Assembly (NCBI RefSeq): GCF_006345805.1
Contig: NC_043014.1
Span: 47,616,001 to 47,680,000 of the forward strand
Reading direction: 5' to 3'
DNA: 64,000 nt
Source: Octopus sinensis
Taxonomy: Eukaryota
Below, piece after piece: positions 61,697 to 64,000 of this stretch; position 1 is the stretch's first letter, and the number at the start of each line of letters is the position of its first letter. A model generated the notes under the pieces. That model ran no database searches, was not told where the DNA came from, and saw only the letters and a list, made by a program, of their open reading frames with translations. A program made the translations under genes and the position numbers.

Positions 61697-63487
61697 TTAT
61701 ATATACTATATAGGCACAGGATCCTACATAGTGTAGGCCTATATAATGTGTATAGGCCCAGCGGTCCTATATTCACTATATTGGATCAGGGGGCTTATAT
61801 AGACTCTACAGGCCCCCTGTCCCTATATAGATTTGATGAAAATTTTGATAAGCTTTTAGAGGATTTGGGAGAAAATTTTGATAAACTTTTCAAAAGAATT
61901 TGATGAAAGTTTTTAACATTTCAAAGGAATTTGATGAAAATTTTGAAAAACTTTTCAAAAGAATTCAATGAAAATTTTGAAAAAAATTTCGTCAAACACT
62001 GAAAAGTTTTTTCAAAATTTTCATCAAACTCTACACAAAAGTTTTTTCAGAGTTTCCATGGAACACTTTGGAAAATTTTGAAAATCTTCATCAAATTCCA
62101 TTGGACCAGGGGGCTTATATAGACTCTACAGGCCCCCTGTCCCTATATAGATTTGATGAAAATTTTGAAAAGCTTTTAGAAGATTTGGGAGAAAATTTTG
62201 ATAAACTTTTCAAAAGAATTTGATGAAAGTTTTTAACATTTCAAAGGAATTTGATGAAAATTTTGAAAAACTTTTCAAAAGAAATTCAATGAAAATTTTG
62301 AAAAAAATTTCGTCAAACACTGAAAAGTTTTTTCAAAATTTTCATTAAACTCTACACAAAAGTTTTTTCAGAGTTTCCATGGAACACTTGGGAAAATTTT
62401 GAAAATTTTCATCAAATTCCATTGAAATGTTTTTCAAAATTTTCATCAAATTCTTTTGAAAAGTTTATCAAAATTTTCTTCAAAATCCTCTAAAAGTTTT
62501 TCAAAACCCTATACAGGTGAATAAGTTGCAATATAAGCCCAGGTGTTCCTAGAATCTGCGAGCTGGCAGAAACGTTAGCACGCCGGGCGAAATGCGTTGC
62601 CGTATTTCATCTGCCGTTACGTTCTGAGTTCAAATTCCACTGAGGTCGACTTTATCTCTCATCCTTCCGGGGTCGATAAATTAAGTACCAGTTATGCACT
62701 GGGGTCGATGTAATCGACTTAATCCCTTTGTCTGTCCTTGTTTGTCTCCTCTGTGTTTAACCCCTTGTGGGTAGTGAAGAAATATATATAAGCTATTTTC
62801 CCACGGGTGACAATATAAACTATACAGGGCGAGTAGGGGCCTATATAGATTGCATAGGACCCTGGTTATATAGTACCGGGTGGGGGTGGCTAAATAGCCT
62901 AAATAGGACCTGGGGTCATATATATGTTTTTCAGAAATTTCAAGGAAATCAATTGAAATTTGTTTTGAAAATTTTCATCCAAATCCTATACAGCTGCAGA
63001 AGTTGCAATATAGGCCCATATTTTTTTCAGAAACTATATAGGGTCACTCAATATAGGCCCTGCTGGGCCTATATAGGCTATACAGTCACCGTGGGCCAAT
63101 ATACACTAAATAGTGAATATAGGCCCAGGTTCCTATATAATGTATATAGGCCCATGGGCCTATATAATGTATATGGACTCAGAGCCTATATAATGTATAC
63201 AGGTCCAGGGGGCCTATAGAGTACATTGGACCAGGGGGCCTACATTATAAAGGCCCTTTTACCTATATACATTATATAGGCCAAGGGCTTATATAGTGTA
63301 TAGTGTTTATATATACTATATAGGCACATGATCCTACATAGTGTATATAGGCCCAGGGGCCCATATAATGTGTATAGGCCCAGCGGGCCTATATACACTA
63401 TATTGGACCAGGGGGCTTATATAGACTCTACAGGCCCCCTGTCCCTATATAGATTTGATGAAAATTTTGATAAGCTTTTAGAGGATT
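61697..63487. repeat. Complex modular satellite (TATAGGCCC modules plus self-inverted GATGAAAATTTTGA modules)
   Basis: ~320-bp direct repeat (61781 / 62101); the same module recurs at ~63404. Confidence 0.85.
62558..62784 (+). mobile_element. SINE family D inserted in the satellite
   Basis: Head and body. Confidence 0.9.
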
Positions 63488-63540
63488 TTAATTTTAATAC
63501 TCTGTTGAGTAGGCACACTGACATTACACATCCATAAGAT

Positions 63541-64000
63541 CATCCTTGCGAGCTTACGCATGTCCTCTGCAGTCACAGCCCATGTTTCACTGCCGTGTAG
63601 CATGGCTGTTCATACACATGCATCATGCAGTCTACCTTTTACTCTGAGCGAGAGGCCCTTTGTCACCAGCAGAGGTAAGAGCTCTCTGAACTTTGCCCAA
63701 GCCATTCTTATTCTAGCAGCTACACTTTCAGCGCACCCTCCTTCGCTACTGACTTGGTCACCTAGATAACGGAAGCTATCAACTATGTCTGGTTTTTCTC
63801 CCTGGAAAGTGGCAGAAGTCGTTCTCTGCACATTTTCAGTGTTTATCCCTCCCGAGCATCTGCCACATACAAAAACTATCTTCCCAGTTAGCCTTCCTTT
63901 GATATACTGCACCTCTTATGTGTCCATAGCTTACACTGGGTACATCTTATAGAGTTTCTACCTACGCCTCTACTACAGATCGAGCACGGCCATCTACCCG
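63541..64000 (-). mobile_element. RTE-like LINE reverse transcriptase fragment with embedded PHD-type finger; runs off the window
   Basis: VDSFRYLGDQVS...ARIRMAWAKFRELLPLL...MLHGSETWA; upstream CSIC/CTQC/HKRC/CGRC. Confidence 0.85.

Overview
Repeat-saturated animal genomic DNA. The SINE, MITE and microsatellite families are ones I associate with octopus (coleoid cephalopod); this assignment is inference. Most ORFs in the supplied track are translations of microsatellites and are not genes. The only supported host genes are two tandem, same-strand paralogs encoding ~510-aa TPR proteins resembling vertebrate IFIT (and TTC22) proteins. Each has a 51-nt first coding exon that the ORF track misses (27950-28000 and 38492-38542; phase-0 GTGAGT donors) and one large second exon (31094-32581 and 51940-53420). 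Each has an IRF/ISRE-like motif upstream. Copy 2 has a 1-nt frameshift in an A-run. Exon 1 is ~67% identical between paralogs, but exon 2 is ~92% identical in protein and contains a 111-aa identical block, which suggests gene conversion. The rest is mobile DNA: at least four SINE-type families (including TSD-bounded trimers); Dong/R4-type retrotransposon fragments chained on (TAA)n arrays; RTE and other LINE remnants; Tc1 (DD36E spacing), mariner and pogo/Tigger remnants; piggyBac-like MITEs; non-autonomous Helitrons; a probable solo LTR; and satellites. Six hammerhead-ribozyme motifs of the Penelope-associated minimal type I kind, from five sequence families, are present. One sits in the tail of a tRNA-headed SINE-like unit that has an inverted partial duplicate. 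All alignments, counts and pairings were done by eye; boundaries of decayed repeats are approximate.
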